Below are positions 12,400-25,408 of a stretch of 45,815 nucleotides of DNA, in pieces. Below the pieces are notes generated by a model, which was not told the DNA's origin, did not search any database, and worked only from the letters and a program-made list of their open reading frames with translations. The position numbers and the translations under genes are program-made. How positions within the stretch are numbered: the first letter of the stretch is position 1; the number at the start of each line of letters is the position of its first letter. This DNA is from Octopus bimaculoides (lineage: Eukaryota), in contig NC_068985.1 of assembly GCF_001194135.2 (NCBI RefSeq), positions 61,556,875 to 61,602,689 on the forward strand, in the 5' to 3' direction.

Positions 12400-14000
12400 A
12401 AAGCTTCTGTTTTATTTACATCTCTTTACCCATTGTAAATATATATTTCCTCTCTCCTCAATTTCTTCCGTTAGACTCTTTTGTCATAATATATGTTTAC
12501 ACAGAAATTTTTCAGCAACCTTTGTTTTTTGATATTCTTTAAAGCTGACTCAGATTTAGTTATTTTAAAAATTATTTTTGCCATTTCCTTTCTCATAATA
12601 TTCATTGTAATCATATTCTCTGGATCATAATTCAACATCTAAATATATATGTGACAAGTCAAATCTGCAATATAGCAAGTCATTTGAGTCAGTGGTGTTG
12701 TTTACTCCTATCTTTTTTCAGGATATAATTAAATATTCTTACTGCCAAGAGTATTCTGACTACTTTGTCCGGTGACACTTTCTTATCCCTTCAAGATTCC
12801 AAATCTATTTATAGTCTTCCTCTGATGACTCAAACGTCAAGTTTTAATCTGTAAGCATACAACCAGTGTTCTTTATCTTCTCTTTTTTTCTTTGTCATTT
12901 TTCAACTTTGGCATTGCAGCATTTCGAATATTTTCCGAATTATTATCTTTTACTAGTGTACTGTGTGCTTTCACTGCAGTAACGAACCAAGCTCTGTGCA
13001 CCTTGGGCATGCGCATGCTTTTGTATTATTTTCAATTTTTCATTGTATTGACAGTTCTTTACACAATGTGTGTGTGTGTGTGTGTGTGTGTATGAGTGTG
13101 CTGTACGTAACAGCGGCTATTCCCTGTATATTAAGTAAATTTATAAGTGTTGAAGTTTTGATTATATATTTGTTAGAATGTTTTTAATCATTCCTGAGGC
13201 ACCTATTATTATAGAGACTGTTTTGGTTATCTCGATTTCCAGATCTCTGTATATCACTAACGGCTGTATTTCTTCACGAAATATATATTACAATATAAAG
13301 GGTACTGACACATCTTTTCTTGGTAGTCTGTGTGGATTGGTGTAACCCAGGGTATGGTTTTTCTATGAGTATCTTTCTGCTAATATTATTACCAACTATT
13401 TCTGTTAGCATTTTTACAATACTCGATTGATTTCCAGCGTATGAAGGTCCCAACAGTGTCATACCGACTTTCTTTTTGTGTGGTTAAAAATTATGTGGTT
13501 TAATTGTTGTTCCACGAATTCTTGTTGCGAATTTATTCTCTTGCTCTTAACGTGTTTCATGCATTTATGCTGCTAATGTTTCCTGGATCCACATGTTAAA
13601 AGCCTTCTGGTAGTCATGACAGACCCAGAACCTTATCTCTACCACAACCGTTGGATATGGCATTAGGATCAGTAAGGGATCTTAACAGCTAAATAGGCCA
13701 ATTGTTTATTTATTCTCTGTTATAGTAGTTAAGGTTTTGTAGGCTGCAGGAAAGTATTCTGTGGATCTTTATTCTGTTCATGTAAGTCATGAAGATGGTT
13801 TGTCTCCCTCAGTGAGTTAGTTGGATTTTGTCATAGTCTTATTAAATACATTTACTGGCACTTTGTGCCTCAGTTAAATAATTTAACCAGAAGTTTAGAA
13901 TATTATCATATCCTATGTCTTCCACTTGTGTTTTTGTTTTTGCAGCTCTGTGTTAATTCTTCTGTTGTTATGGTCTACAATTGTTCTGATGCTGTGCTCA
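12400..14000 (-). pseudogene. Very old APE-type LINE fossil (EN/linker region)
   Basis: Faint motifs on minus strand: SALKNIKNKG (pre-RT KAxG region, ~12540) and HRKTIPWVTP (APE TW motif region, ~13350). Confidence 0.3.
13095..13255 (-). mobile_element. R4/Dong-type 3' fragment (REL C-terminus)
   Basis: Minus translation YRDLEIEITKTVSIIIGASGMIK, colinear with 31557-31700 with an internal deletion. Confidence 0.6.
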
Positions 14001-15635
14001 TTGTTACTTACATAACCACACAATAGTTGGTCAAACATAGTACTACACCATCCAGCGTTTGATTCCTTTCCAAAGACGACATGGAGTAAGCTAAGGAGAC
14101 TTGATTGCCATTTCTAACAGGTCTAGTAACTATATACATTGCAACACTGGTTAAGGTATAACAGATCTAAGGTAGCTTGGGTGTTGTAGCCATTTCTGTC
14201 GAAGACGCCAGTTGAGTGTATGGTAAATTATGTCTTGAAATTCATTTCCATTTCTCATTGAGTAGATTCAGTTAAAATCCTTCTTATCTTCTCCGGCTAT
14301 TGCTTTTAAGAAATACAGTATTTTTAGCAGAGGTACAAAGCTTGAAAATTAAGGGAACGTTAAGATATATGTTGTAGATTTTAAGGCATGTACTATAGTC
14401 ATTATTATATCTCTTATAGTCATTAAAATATGTACTTTATGCTTTGAAATATATATATATGTATTATAAACAATTTAGTTGATAGTTAAGATATTTCGGG
14501 ATATTCTTTCGTTGTAGGTTTCCGTTTTAACATCCAAATATTTTGAGGTTAATGTCATTTGGGACATTCGTACAGAATTTGAAATTTACTAAACTTTACA
14601 ATATGATTTCATGAGATGTAAAATATTAAATAAAGCTTTAAAAGAGTTTGGGACGAGAGAATAGATAAAATTTATTCTAAAAAGAATGTAAATGAGTAAC
14701 AAAAAATATTTGTTTTGACAAGAAAAATATGAAGCACAGAATATTTGGAAATGAATGATTACAGTCAGGACAAACATCTGTAACTGCTTTCGGATTAAAA
14801 AAAAAATTATGAAGATAATTTCGTAAACGTTGAAAGGGCAAATCTGAGATTTGAAAGAATATTAGTTGGAGGTAATGAAGTACAATTTAGTGGAAAATGG
14901 GACAAACTTGTTTTATAACTGATCTATCCATGAGTTGAAAATGGATGGTATGAGAAAGTGCAATTTATTAAAGGCTGCTGAATTTAGTGTGAAGAAAGGA
15001 AGAGAAATAAAGAGAAAATTGGAAAGACAGCTAAGAAATAGCAACAAATCTGAATCTTACAACAAAATATTTGTATAATCGTCAAAAGCAGTGAAAATAT
15101 TGTTAAGTCCTCATCAAAATGTCAGTCGTTTTAGTTTTATTGCTTTTGTGGTAGATTTAGGCTCTCTCGCTTAAGAGATATCTTCTAAACAACACAACAT
15201 CATCTACTCATTTACGAGACTGTGTCCTAGTATTCATAAAATATAATCTACAAACCGATCTCATTTAATCACTTCAGGAGGCAAACACGTTTTTGTTATT
15301 GCTCTGATCAAGCAAACCTATAAAAGTATTGCAATTTGAAAATCATGTCTTTTATATATCTAAGACTACATAATACAAGGATGTATTATTTAAGATGTTA
15401 GGCTACGATTGGGAGGAGATTTAGCTGCTATTTATGAGACAGAAATTGTTTTGTTGGATTGTAAATCACTTCGTAGTGATATGAAAATGGTAGAAGGTAC
15501 CTTAAAGACTCCTCGTTATCAACCTTAGAAGTTCGTTTCAAAATATATTCCATACATTTAAATTACTTCTGAAGCCTTGACAACACTTCATTCTGTAGCA
15601 GCTTTGATACAATATCATTATTATTGGTTCCTTTA

Positions 15636-15840
15636 AGGCGGCTAGTAGACAGAACTGTAAGTACGCCGGACAAAATGCTTAGCAGTATTTCGTCTGACAT
15701 TATGTTCTGAGTTCGAATTTCGCCGAGGTCGAATTTGCCTTTCATTCTTCCGGGGTCGAGAAATTAAGTAGCAGTGTCAAAGCACTGGGGTCGATGTAAT
15801 CGACTAGTCTTCTCCCACAAAATTTCAGGTCTTGTGCCTA
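15636..15840 (+). mobile_element. tRNA-derived SINE (family 1), diverged, with imperfect TSD
   Basis: Colinear with 11055-11272; flanks tattggttcctttaag (15622-15637) and tattggttcccttcag (15841-15856). Confidence 0.85.
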
Positions 15841-15976
15841 TATTGGTTCCCTTCAGTTTTGTTATATATTTTTGAGACAAATATCTCTTTCAGTCTGGCA
15901 CTATTTTTCCAGGAAGAAACGCTATGCCTTCACCCCGACGTACTGTCAATGGATACAAAAGTGAATCTTTTATTGT

Positions 15977-16290
15977 GGTGCTCTCATGGTTATGTGGTAA
16001 AGAAGTTCGCATTGCAGCCACGTAATTTTGGTTTCAGTTTCCTGTGCGGTAACTTGGCCTAGTGTCTTCTGCTGTAGCCTTTATCCGACAAATGCCTTGG
16101 TCCATCGTATGTTTGTATGTATGTATGGATGTATGTATGTATGGATGTATGTATGTATGTATTTATGTATGTATGTGTGTGTATGTGCGTGTTTGTGTGT
16201 GCGCGCGTGTGTGTGTGTATGTGCGTTCGTGCGTGTATGTATGTATGTATGTATGTATGTATATATGTATGTATGTATGTATATTTATAC
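15977..16290 (+). mobile_element. tRNA-derived SINE (family 2) head plus internal GT/GTAT microsatellite
   Basis: tggttatgtggtaaagaag (A box), ggtttcagtttcc (B-box-like), followed by a GTAT/GT tract. Confidence 0.55.
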
Positions 16291-16294
16291 GTTT

Positions 16295-17548
16295 AGAGGA
16301 TGTCCCTGAAAGATTTACCCGTGTTTAAAACTCTTTCTAAAGAAGATAGGTTCAAGTAATATTAACTATATTTTCCATAAAGATTTGCATGTCTTTTGTT
16401 CATGCGTCTATTGTTTCGTTCGTCTATAACAGGTTTGTAAGGAAACATGGCGTCGAAAGCAAAACGCGACCAGGTTGCTGCTTTGAAAACAACAGGAGTG
16501 AGCAACAAGAACATAACAAAATAGTTGAATTTGTACCGTAAAACAGTGTTCAATAACTGAAAACTAAATATGGAATCCACTACTACTCCTAGCAAGCCAA
16601 TTCCTTGTAGGAAACGATCAATTCGTATCAAACAAAGTGTTGAAACTGTGAAGAACCGAATGAACCGAAATACCCGCAGGAGTGCAAGAAAAACTACAAA
16701 AGCTCTTGTTATTTCAAAATCATCATGTACAAGTTTTTAAAGAGAGTTTAAAGCTAACTGCAAACAAGAAATAATACCGGTAGTTAAACTGCAGCAGCTT
16801 CCAAGAAGAAACGTCTTGACAGGGGTAAAAGCATGTTAGCTGAGATGAAGCGCACCGCTAACAAAGTGTTGATCTGGTTTGACGAGAAGATCTTCACCAA
16901 CAGACAGAATGACAGGTTTTATGCACGTAATGCAGGACACTTTCCCGGAGGTAGCAGGAGTAATTTACGCAGTCAGAAGCCAGCTTCACTCATGGTGTGG
17001 GCCGCAGTTAGATCTGATGGGTCCAAGTCTCCCTTGATCTTCATCGATGCTGGCGTCAAGGTTAACAATGAAATTTATGTAGAAATGTTAGATGTGAAAG
17101 TGTTACCTTGGATCACAGAAACCTTTAGTGACTGTTGCATATTCACTCAAGATGACACAGAGGTAGTGCAAAGAGCATTTCAGTGTTTTTTGGAACAAGA
17201 CGATATGGCCTCCCTCAAATTCATCCATCAATCCCATGAACTTTGCTATCTGGTCCAACTTAGAGAGTAATGTTTCTGCTCGCCTCTCTTCAAATATATC
17301 AGATCTGAAGAAAGCCCTTCTGCCTTCATAGGTCAAGTTGGATGAAGAGGAGGCATGGCGCTCATGCAACTCAGTGATCACTCGTTTGCAGGCTATGATC
17401 AAGGCGAAAAGTAGTAATTTTGAAATTTAATTACTGCAATGGATTGACAATTTACATTCGAACGTGTGTGTCAGATTTTATTACCTTACCTAAAATTTAT
17501 TTTGAATAATTAAGAAATATCAATAGGTAAGTCTTTCTGGATACTCTG
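16295..17548 (+). mobile_element. Tc1/mariner DNA transposon fossil with both TIRs and disrupted transposase (16447-~17420)
   Basis: MASKAKRDQVAAL..GVSNKNITK HTH-like start; WFDEKIF, VMVWAAV, PLIFIDAGVKVNNEIY, FTQD and WPPSNSSINPMNF (WPPxSPDLNP-like) motifs; degenerate TIRs agaggatgtccctgaaagatttacc / ggtaagtctttctggatactctg. Confidence 0.85.
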
Positions 17549-17938
17549 TGTGTATATATATATGTATATATATANNNNNNNNNNNNNNNNNNNNNNNNNN
17601 NNNNNNNNNNNNNNNNNNNNNNNNNNNNNNNNNNNNNNNNNNNNNNNNNNNNNNNNNNNNNNNNNNNNNNNNNNNNNNNNNNNNNNNNNNNNNNNNNNNN
17701 NNNNNNNNNNNNNNNNNNNNNNNNNNNNNNNNNNNNNNNNNNNNNNNNNNNNNNNNNNNNNNNNNNNNNNNNNNNNNNNNNNNNNNNNNNNNNNNNNNNN
17801 NNNNNNNNNNNNNNNNNNNNNNNNNNNNNNNNNNNNNNNNNNNNNNNNNNNNNNNNNNNNNNNNNNNNNNNNNNNNNNNNNNNNNNNNNNNNNNNNNNNN
17901 NNNNNNNNNNNNNNNNNNNNNNNNNNNNNNNNNNNNNN

Positions 17939-17980
<42 letters not shown>

Positions 17981-18048
17981 CCAAGTACACAGCTGAGGCT
18001 AGAGCTAGGTATCCGTAGTAGGCTTCCGAGCTAGCAGGTATATATTAA

Positions 18049-19123
18049 AGGAAAATGGACACCAAAACCAAGGTAGGACGTGTATCTCAGGTCATTTAGA
18101 GTATTTAATAAGAGCAAGGTGAATCAAAAAAGGAGAAGTAGAAGTAATTAATGTCTAATAGCTGTTTCTGGGATATACCATGTGATAGATAAGCATCTCC
18201 ATACACTGGGTATTTCATCACCAGAGACAAGATATGTAGGTAGGAAAGTTCCAGACAGAGAATTCTCAGTGTATAAAAGAGTAAAACAGTAGATAGAAGA
18301 ATAAAGGCAGGAGAATGAAGTTCCCAGCTCATCTTGTTCGAGAGGGTATGGCGGTTAGTCCATACTTCCATGAAAGTATAGGTCCTTAAGTATAACCCCA
18401 GGTAACTCCAGGCGGTATTTTGAATGATGCGTTCAGATTGAAGTAATAGATTAAGCTTGTAGGAAAATGGCCCACGTAGGTGTATAGTGTGAGAGACAGA
18501 CATCATGATAGACAGATAGATCAGAGAGAAATGGGGTGTGAGTGAATAGAAGAGAGAAAAGAAAGAAAAGAGGATAGGTACTGGAAATAAAGAGAGCGAA
18601 AGTAAAAATAAAAATAAAGATAAGAGGTAAGAAGTATTATTGTTTGTCAGGGTAGGTTCAGAGTGAAAGGTCAGGGGTTAAGGTTTTAGTAAAGTGGAGG
18701 AGGAAGGCATTTATGGCTATTAAAGGGTAATTAAATAGATGGATTCTAAGTTCAGTGTGATCAGAAAGAATGTTTAACTTTAGTTCAGTGGTCCTAAGGA
18801 GAGCTAAAATGCTAGAAATAGATGCCTAACTTAAGGGAATATATTTAAAATTAAAAGTTAAAAATTGAAATTAAAAATTAAAAAGTAACAATGAAAAAGA
18901 TTATTGCAGCTAGCGAATTTCTAAGATACTTATGTTGACAGATTGATAGATGAAGGAATACCCAGTGTATGGAGAGACTGACCCATCACCTGGGATATCC
19001 CAGAAACAGCTGTAAGACATTGATTACTTTTACTTCTCCTTTTTTGATTCACCTTACTCTTATTAAATACTCTAAGTGACCGGAGATACTCCGCCCTGAC
19101 TTAGTTTTGTCGTCCATTTTCCT
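18049..19123. mobile_element. Non-autonomous DNA transposon with ~170-bp TIRs, Kolobok-like
   Basis: Arms 18049-18219 and 18949-19123 are reverse complements; termini AGG...CCT; left flank TTAA (18045-18048), right flank TATA (19124-19127). TTAA TSD with RR termini fits Kolobok. Confidence 0.65.
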
Positions 19124-19139
19124 TATATACATATATATA

Positions 19140-19455
19140 ACAAGCAAAAATCAAATATGAGTGAGTGTGTGTATGTGTGTGTGTGCATGCGTGTGTGCGC
19201 GTGTGCGTGTGTATGTGTGTGATTATATTTGCATTTATGATTTATGTATGTATGTGTGCGTTTTTGCGTTTGTGTCTCATCGCTTGATAATACCGGTGTT
19301 ACTTTATTTATGTTCTCACTACTTAGTATCTCGGTAAAAAGTGACCAATAATGTATGTACTAGATTTAAAAATAAGTTCTGGGTCGATTTGATCGACTAA
19401 ATCTTCAAGGCGAAGTCTCAGCATGGCTGAAACAAGTAAAAGAGTAAAAGAGTAT
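19140..19455 (+). mobile_element. 3' half of SINE family 2 (GT tract + tail)
   Basis: GT tract followed by cgcttgataa..ggtgtt, gggtcgatttgatcgactaa and (agagtaaa)n tail. Confidence 0.5.
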
Positions 19456-19716
19456 TGCCTTTTACATTATAAATTCCATTGACGTTAGGAAAATAAGTCA
19501 AATTTAGTTATAATTTTTAAAGGTTTACGCAGGAGGAAGGGGCTCCGACCGTCCCTCATAACTAAAGCATCAAAGGAATATTCTTTGTCAATTATTATAA
19601 AAACACGACAGAGCTGTAATAAAACTTAGTTTTATGAACTTATCTGATACACACCCAGATTTTATTCACTATTGAATGTATCCACATACGTACACCATTG
19701 AATACATTCACATATA

Positions 19717-20425
19717 TAGTAGCGTAGGTTGGAGGTGGGGGCGAAATTTTTTTCTCACGAGAGTTCCGGACCCCAGTAATGAACTCATTTGCTTACAGCC
19801 AATCAGAGCTTACCTTGATCTTGTTGTCAAGTTAACAACACACTCTACCAAGTAAACTCAAGACGGAGAACGGTGTTATAAGTCGACCGATCGCCAAGTT
19901 ATGCCTGATTTTAGAAGGAAACAAGTAATTAGATAGATTTGCATCTATACCAATTATCGGATTTTGTTAAGGTCCTATATGATAAACATGTGGATGGGAA
20001 AAATGTGAGTAGAGGGTAATGTGCTAGCAACCCTCTCCCCTTACTGTTTTACAAAGTAAACAACATAAATAACTACGCAGAGGCAGCCATGGTTGAAACA
20101 AGACAAAAACAACAAGCATTATTAAAAGTGAAAAGAAGCATGGTCATTCCTTACCCAAGTGACCTTATCTTATCGCCCATCCCTTGCTATGCGCTCATGA
20201 ATTAGTTTGATAGTTGAGCGCTGCTTGGCTGTATGTAAATGAGTTCATAACTGGGGTCCGGAACTCCGGTGGGAAAAAAATTCGCATCCCGGACGACATT
20301 TTTTTTATGGTCATCACTTTTGGGTCAGCTGTATAAGCTTGTATAGACGTGGGGTCCCAGTTGATGTACGAATACAGCAAGCTCAAGGGCTGCACCGAGC
20401 GGCACACACTCTATCTACGTCACTG
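19717..20425. mobile_element. Probable MITE with short TIRs and internal ~70-bp inverted repeat
   Basis: Termini tagtagcgtagg / ctacgtcactg (CAGTGGCGTAG-like); inner arms 19741-19810 and 20218-20285 including perfect 17-bp gagttccggaccccagt pair. Confidence 0.5.
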
Positions 20426-20489
20426 CATTTGAATATATCCACATATTTATAAACACGCGTGCGTGTAGATTTGTCTGTCAATTTGTGCT

Positions 20490-20504
20490 TTTGTGCTTGT
20501 GTGT

Positions 20505-20554
<50 letters not shown>

Positions 20555-20655
20555 GTATATGTGTATACACATATATAATAATAATAATAATAATAATTAT
20601 TATTATTATTATTAAAGAAATATTATATGAGCCGCACTTACTACTACTACCACTG

Positions 20656-20702
<47 letters not shown>

Positions 20703-20718
20703 GCTACTACTACAACTG

Positions 20719-20771
<53 letters not shown>

Positions 20772-20813
20772 GCTGCTGCTGTTGCTGCTGCCATTACTAC
20801 TACTACTACTACA

Positions 20814-20866
<53 letters not shown>

Positions 20867-20945
20867 CACTGCCGCTGCTGCTACTGATAGTGATATTGCT
20901 GCTGCTACTACAACTACTGGTGCTGCTGCTGCCGCTAATGATGAT
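20490..20945. repeat. Compound microsatellite (GT)n-(AT)n-(AAT)n-(ACT)n/(GCT)n
   Basis: Direct reading; explains poly-Ser/Leu/Tyr/Val ORFs. Confidence 0.95.
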
Positions 20946-21089
20946 AATTGCGGGCCCTGTTTGAAGATTAGTGGTTAAAAAAAATAAATACATAAAATAA
21001 AAAATAAATAAATAGATAAAAAATTAAAAATTAAAAAAGATGAAAATTTAATAATAATTTAACTTTATTTAAAAATAAAAAGAAAATTT

Positions 21090-24000
21090 CAAACAGTACA
21101 CCGAATCGCTTGTCCTATGGTTATTCTGGAAGCGCGCCTGACGGCGAAAAATTTTCAAATGTCAGAATATCTTCCCCGAATACGAACCTGGAAGGTCACT
21201 TAAGCGGGATTTGTCCCAAATTAAGCCCCCAAAGTTCACCACAACGACCACAAAATCAAAAATATAAAAGAACTAAATGAAACCGGGAAGAATATAAAGA
21301 TGTAATATACGCTTATTACTTTGCATTAAGTAGGCCAACCGAGGAGAAACACACCGCAAACTCCTACAGAATTTGGAGGAGCCGGAATCGAGCTAGCAGA
21401 CCAAACCTGAATGAAAACAGATTAGAAAATGTTAGAAGAGATATCTTCAGAAATACCAGACTCACAGATGCAGAATTAATCTCTATTAAAAAAGTGGTAG
21501 AGAATGACCTAAATATAAGTTAGGAAGGAAATAACGAAGCAGAGGAGAGGAATGTTGGACCACAAGCATTGACTGAAAGGCGACCATCTGTCGAAACCAC
21601 TCAAGAGCCTGACGAAAAAGGAAAATATAATGACCCTAGAAAAAACAGCTAGGAAAATTATGTCGAAACAGAATTTGAAGACCACATATTTGCTGAACAA
21701 CACAGAAAATCTATCATTGAAATGAAGCAGGAAGTTCTGAATGAGCTTGCAGTTATAGGGCATACAAATATGAATGATAGGGAACCACTCCATTAGCTCT
21801 CAAATGCACACCAACATAAAACACAAATAAAAATTGGCAACTGCGTTACACAAGGAATCATACAACAACTAAAATTCGATCTTAATAAGTTAAATGAAAT
21901 TATTTACTCTGTTGTTAAGGTAATCGAAAGACGCTGTTTAACACCCAAAAAGCCAACAATACCAAATTCGAAAAGAAAATCAAACTGGAGGAGTAGAATT
22001 GAAACTGAGATTGAATCATTGCGAAGAGAGATATCAATATTAACTGAGCTAATTTCTGGAAATGGTGTAAGATCAAGAAAAGGCAGGAAGATTGTGAGAA
22101 AATATGAACTTTCAACAAGAGAATGAAACACTTAAACAAAAATTTCAAGCAAAAGCTCAGAGAATACGCAGATTTGAGAAAAGAATCAAATTCTACAAGC
22201 ATAATAAGATGTCCAAATCCAATGCTAAATCACTTTACAGGGAAATAGGGAAAGAAAAATAAGCATTGAAAATCCACCCCTAATGGAAGAAGTTGAAAAC
22301 TTTTGGAAAGGGATCTGGAGTGATGAGAAACCATACAATGAAAATGCAGACTGGATCAAACGCACCCAANNNNNNNNNNGAAGAAGTTGAAAACTTTTGG
22401 AAAGGGATCTGGAGTGATGAGAAACCATACAATGAAAATGCAGACTGGATCAAACGCACCCAAGATGCCTACAAAAATCTACAAGGACAGGTATGGGAAG
22501 ACATCTCAATCGCCGACCTAAAGAGGGCATTAACGAAGGCTCATAAGTGGAAATCCCCTGGTATTGATAGAGTACCAAATTTGTGGCTCTCATCACTCTC
22601 GTCTGCACACAAAATATTAGTGATACTATTTAATACTATTGTGAAAGACCCGGAAAAAACTCCCCATTGGATGGCAAATGGTATTACTTACTTCCTCCCC
22701 CAAAATAACGAAACCAAAGACCCAAAAAACTACCGGCCTATAACATGTTTGTCTACTACCTATAAGATTTTGACGTCTATTCTAGTGGAGAAGAGGCTCA
22801 TACGGATGCAAAGATCAGCTCCTAATTAATCGCATGATCCTTGAGAACTGCTAAAACAAGCGCAGAAATCTCAGCTCTTCATGGACTGATTATAAAAAAG
22901 CCTTTGACAGCATACCACATTCGTGGATTCTGAAATCGCTGTGATTTCAGATTTTTTTAAAGTATAATATGTCACTATGGAACACGAAGCTGCAATTATA
23001 TCATTCTAATGGAGTATTGCGCTCAAACAATATTAGCATAAACTGTGGCATTTTCCAAGGTGACTCACTTTCACCACTAATTTTCTGCTCAGTACTAATA
23101 CCATTCTCAAGTGAACTGAATAGAACAGGGTATGGCTACAAAATTGACAACAGGAAAATAAGCCATCTATTTTATATGGATGATTTAAAACTATATAGCA
23201 AAGATGATGAAGAGCTTGAAGGACTACTACATACTGTGAAAGGATTCAGTGATGATATCGAGTTTGGCCTTGAAAAGAGTGCCAAAGCTACTTTTATGAA
23301 AGGGAAACTTGTAAAGTCAAGTTCAATAGAATTAGATGTTGAAACAGTAATAAAGGAACAAACCTATAAATACCTAGGAATAAATGAAGGCTCTGGTATC
23401 CAGCATGTAAGCATGAAAGAGAAGGTTAGGAAGGAATGTTATAGAAGAGTTCGAGCAGTACTGAAGTCTGAGCTAAATGCATATAATAAGGTGTTAGCCA
23501 TAAATTCCTTAGCAGTCCCAGTTGTTCTTTATAGCTTCAATGGTCTTAACTGGAATTCCAGTGAAATAATGAAAATTGATAGAAAAATCCGCAAGCTACT
23601 CACTTTTAATAAGATGCACCATCCAAAGGCAGACGTGGATCGTCTTTACCTGCCCAGAGTTCAGGGAGGTCGAGGCTTTATCGAGCTTGAACTTACGTAC
23701 AAAACCACCACAATCGGACTGGCCAAATACCTTGAAATAACGAACGATTGGATGCTAAAACTTGTTGAAAAATATGAAAGACCGAAAAAAACTTCACTCT
23801 ACTCTGAGAGAGAGCAAAAAATTCGCTATTGATCTCTTAGATACCTACTAGATTGATCAGGTTGAAGGAAATGCGCCAACTGCTGCTGCAAAGAAAATTA
23901 AATTAATTGCAAAGACAAAAGCACATGAAATATTAGCTAGCAGATGGGAACAGAAACCTCTGCATGGCAAGTATGTGGCTCGTAGCAAACAAGCTGATGC

Positions 24001-24760
24001 CGACCAAAAATACACGCATCAATAGTTACGAAGGTCAGGGCTAAAAGAAGAGAGTGACGGTTTCATATTAGCAGCTCAAGATCAAAGCTTATTAACCCAG
24101 AACTACCAAGCCAATGTGATAAAAAATAGAGCTGACCCACAATGCGGATTCTGTAACGATGAGATTGAAACTATAGACCACCTAATCTCAGGGTGTAGAG
24201 TCTTAGCACCTGTAGAATATAAAGAAAGACATGACAGAGTCAGCCAGTATTTACACTGAACAATATGTCGGCTTTATAAAATCAAAACCGCTGACAAATA
24301 GTATAAGCACCATCCTGAAGCTGTGGCTGAGGGAGAAAATGTATCGATTTTCTGGGACTTCCCCGTACATACCGACAAAACTATAAAAGTTAATAAACCG
24401 GATATTATTACAAAAGATCAGACAAAAAAGATGCGTTTACTAATTGACATGAGTATTCCTTGCGATCACAATATAGCAGCGAAAGAATTTGACATGATCA
24501 GTAAATATAAAGACTTGCTAATAGTAATTGAAAAAATGTGGCACCTCAAGGCTACTACCGTACCAGTGATTGTAGGATCTCTAGGAATGATAAAAAAAGG
24601 TACTGAAACCTATTTGGAAATGATACCAGGCCTACCATCCCTACAAGAAGTGCAAAACTTGTGTTAACTGGAACGACTCATGTACTGAGAAGAACATTAT
24701 CGCTGTGAAAACAACATCCATTCATGAATTAATTAATTTATTATTTTTTTTTACATACAT
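21090..24760 (+). mobile_element. Near full-length R4/Dong-clade non-LTR retrotransposon (family A), disrupted
   Basis: N-terminal NREEYKDVIYAYY..W..RN; KSPGIDRVPNLWL; NYRPITCL; GIFQGDSLSP; FYMDDLKLY; HPKADVDRLYLPRVQGGRG; CCHC CGFCNDEIETIDHLISGC (~24142); REL KPDIITKD..LLIDMSIP (ORF 24323..24667). Multiple stops/frameshifts. Confidence 0.9.
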
Positions 24761-25408
24761 ATTTTACCTGTGAATTTGCGTGTGTAGACTGGNNNNNNNN
24801 NNNNNNNNNNNNNNNNNNNNNNNNNNNNNNNNNNNNNNNNNNNNNNNNNNNNNNNNNNNNNNNNNNNNNNNNNNNNNNNNNNNNNNNNNNNNNNNNNNNN
24901 NNNNNNNNNNNNNNNNNNNNNNNNNNNNNNNNNNNNNNNNNNNNNNNNNNNNNNNNNNNNNNNNNNNNNNNNNNNNNNNNNNNNNNNNNNNNNNNNNNNN
25001 NNNNNNNNNNNNNNNNNNNNNNNNNNNNNNNNNNNNNNNNNNNNNNNNNNNNNNNNNNNNNNNNNNNNNNNNNNNNNNNNNNNNNNNNNNNNNNNNNNNN
25101 NNNNNNNNNNNNNNNNNNNNNNNNNNNNNNNNNNNNNNNNNNNNNNNNNNNNNNNNNNNNNNNNNNNNNNNNNNNNNNNNNNNNNNNNNNNNNNNNNNNN
25201 NNNNNNNNNNNNNNNNNNNNNNNNNNNNNNNNNNNNNNNNNNNNNNNNNNNNNNNNNNNNNNNNNNNNNNNNNNNNNNNNNNNNNNNNNNNNNNNNNNNN
25301 NNNNNNNNNNNNNNNNNNNNNNNNNNNNNNNNNNNNNNNNNNNNNNNNNNNNNNNNNNNNNNNNNNNNNNNNNNNNNNNNNNNNNNNNNNNNNNNNNNNN
25401 NNNNNNNN

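Noticed and set aside
20478-20993. Poly-Ser, poly-Leu, poly-Tyr, poly-Val ORFs (also 28158-28598, 41008-41304, 41621-42370)
   Set aside because: Translations of trinucleotide microsatellites; no coding evidence.
22288-22461. Exact ~80-bp tandem duplication around a 10-N gap (same pattern at 25973-26131, 31072-31178, 32828-32917)
   Set aside because: Identical sequence on both sides of fixed 10-N gaps indicates unmerged overlapping contig ends, not biological duplication.
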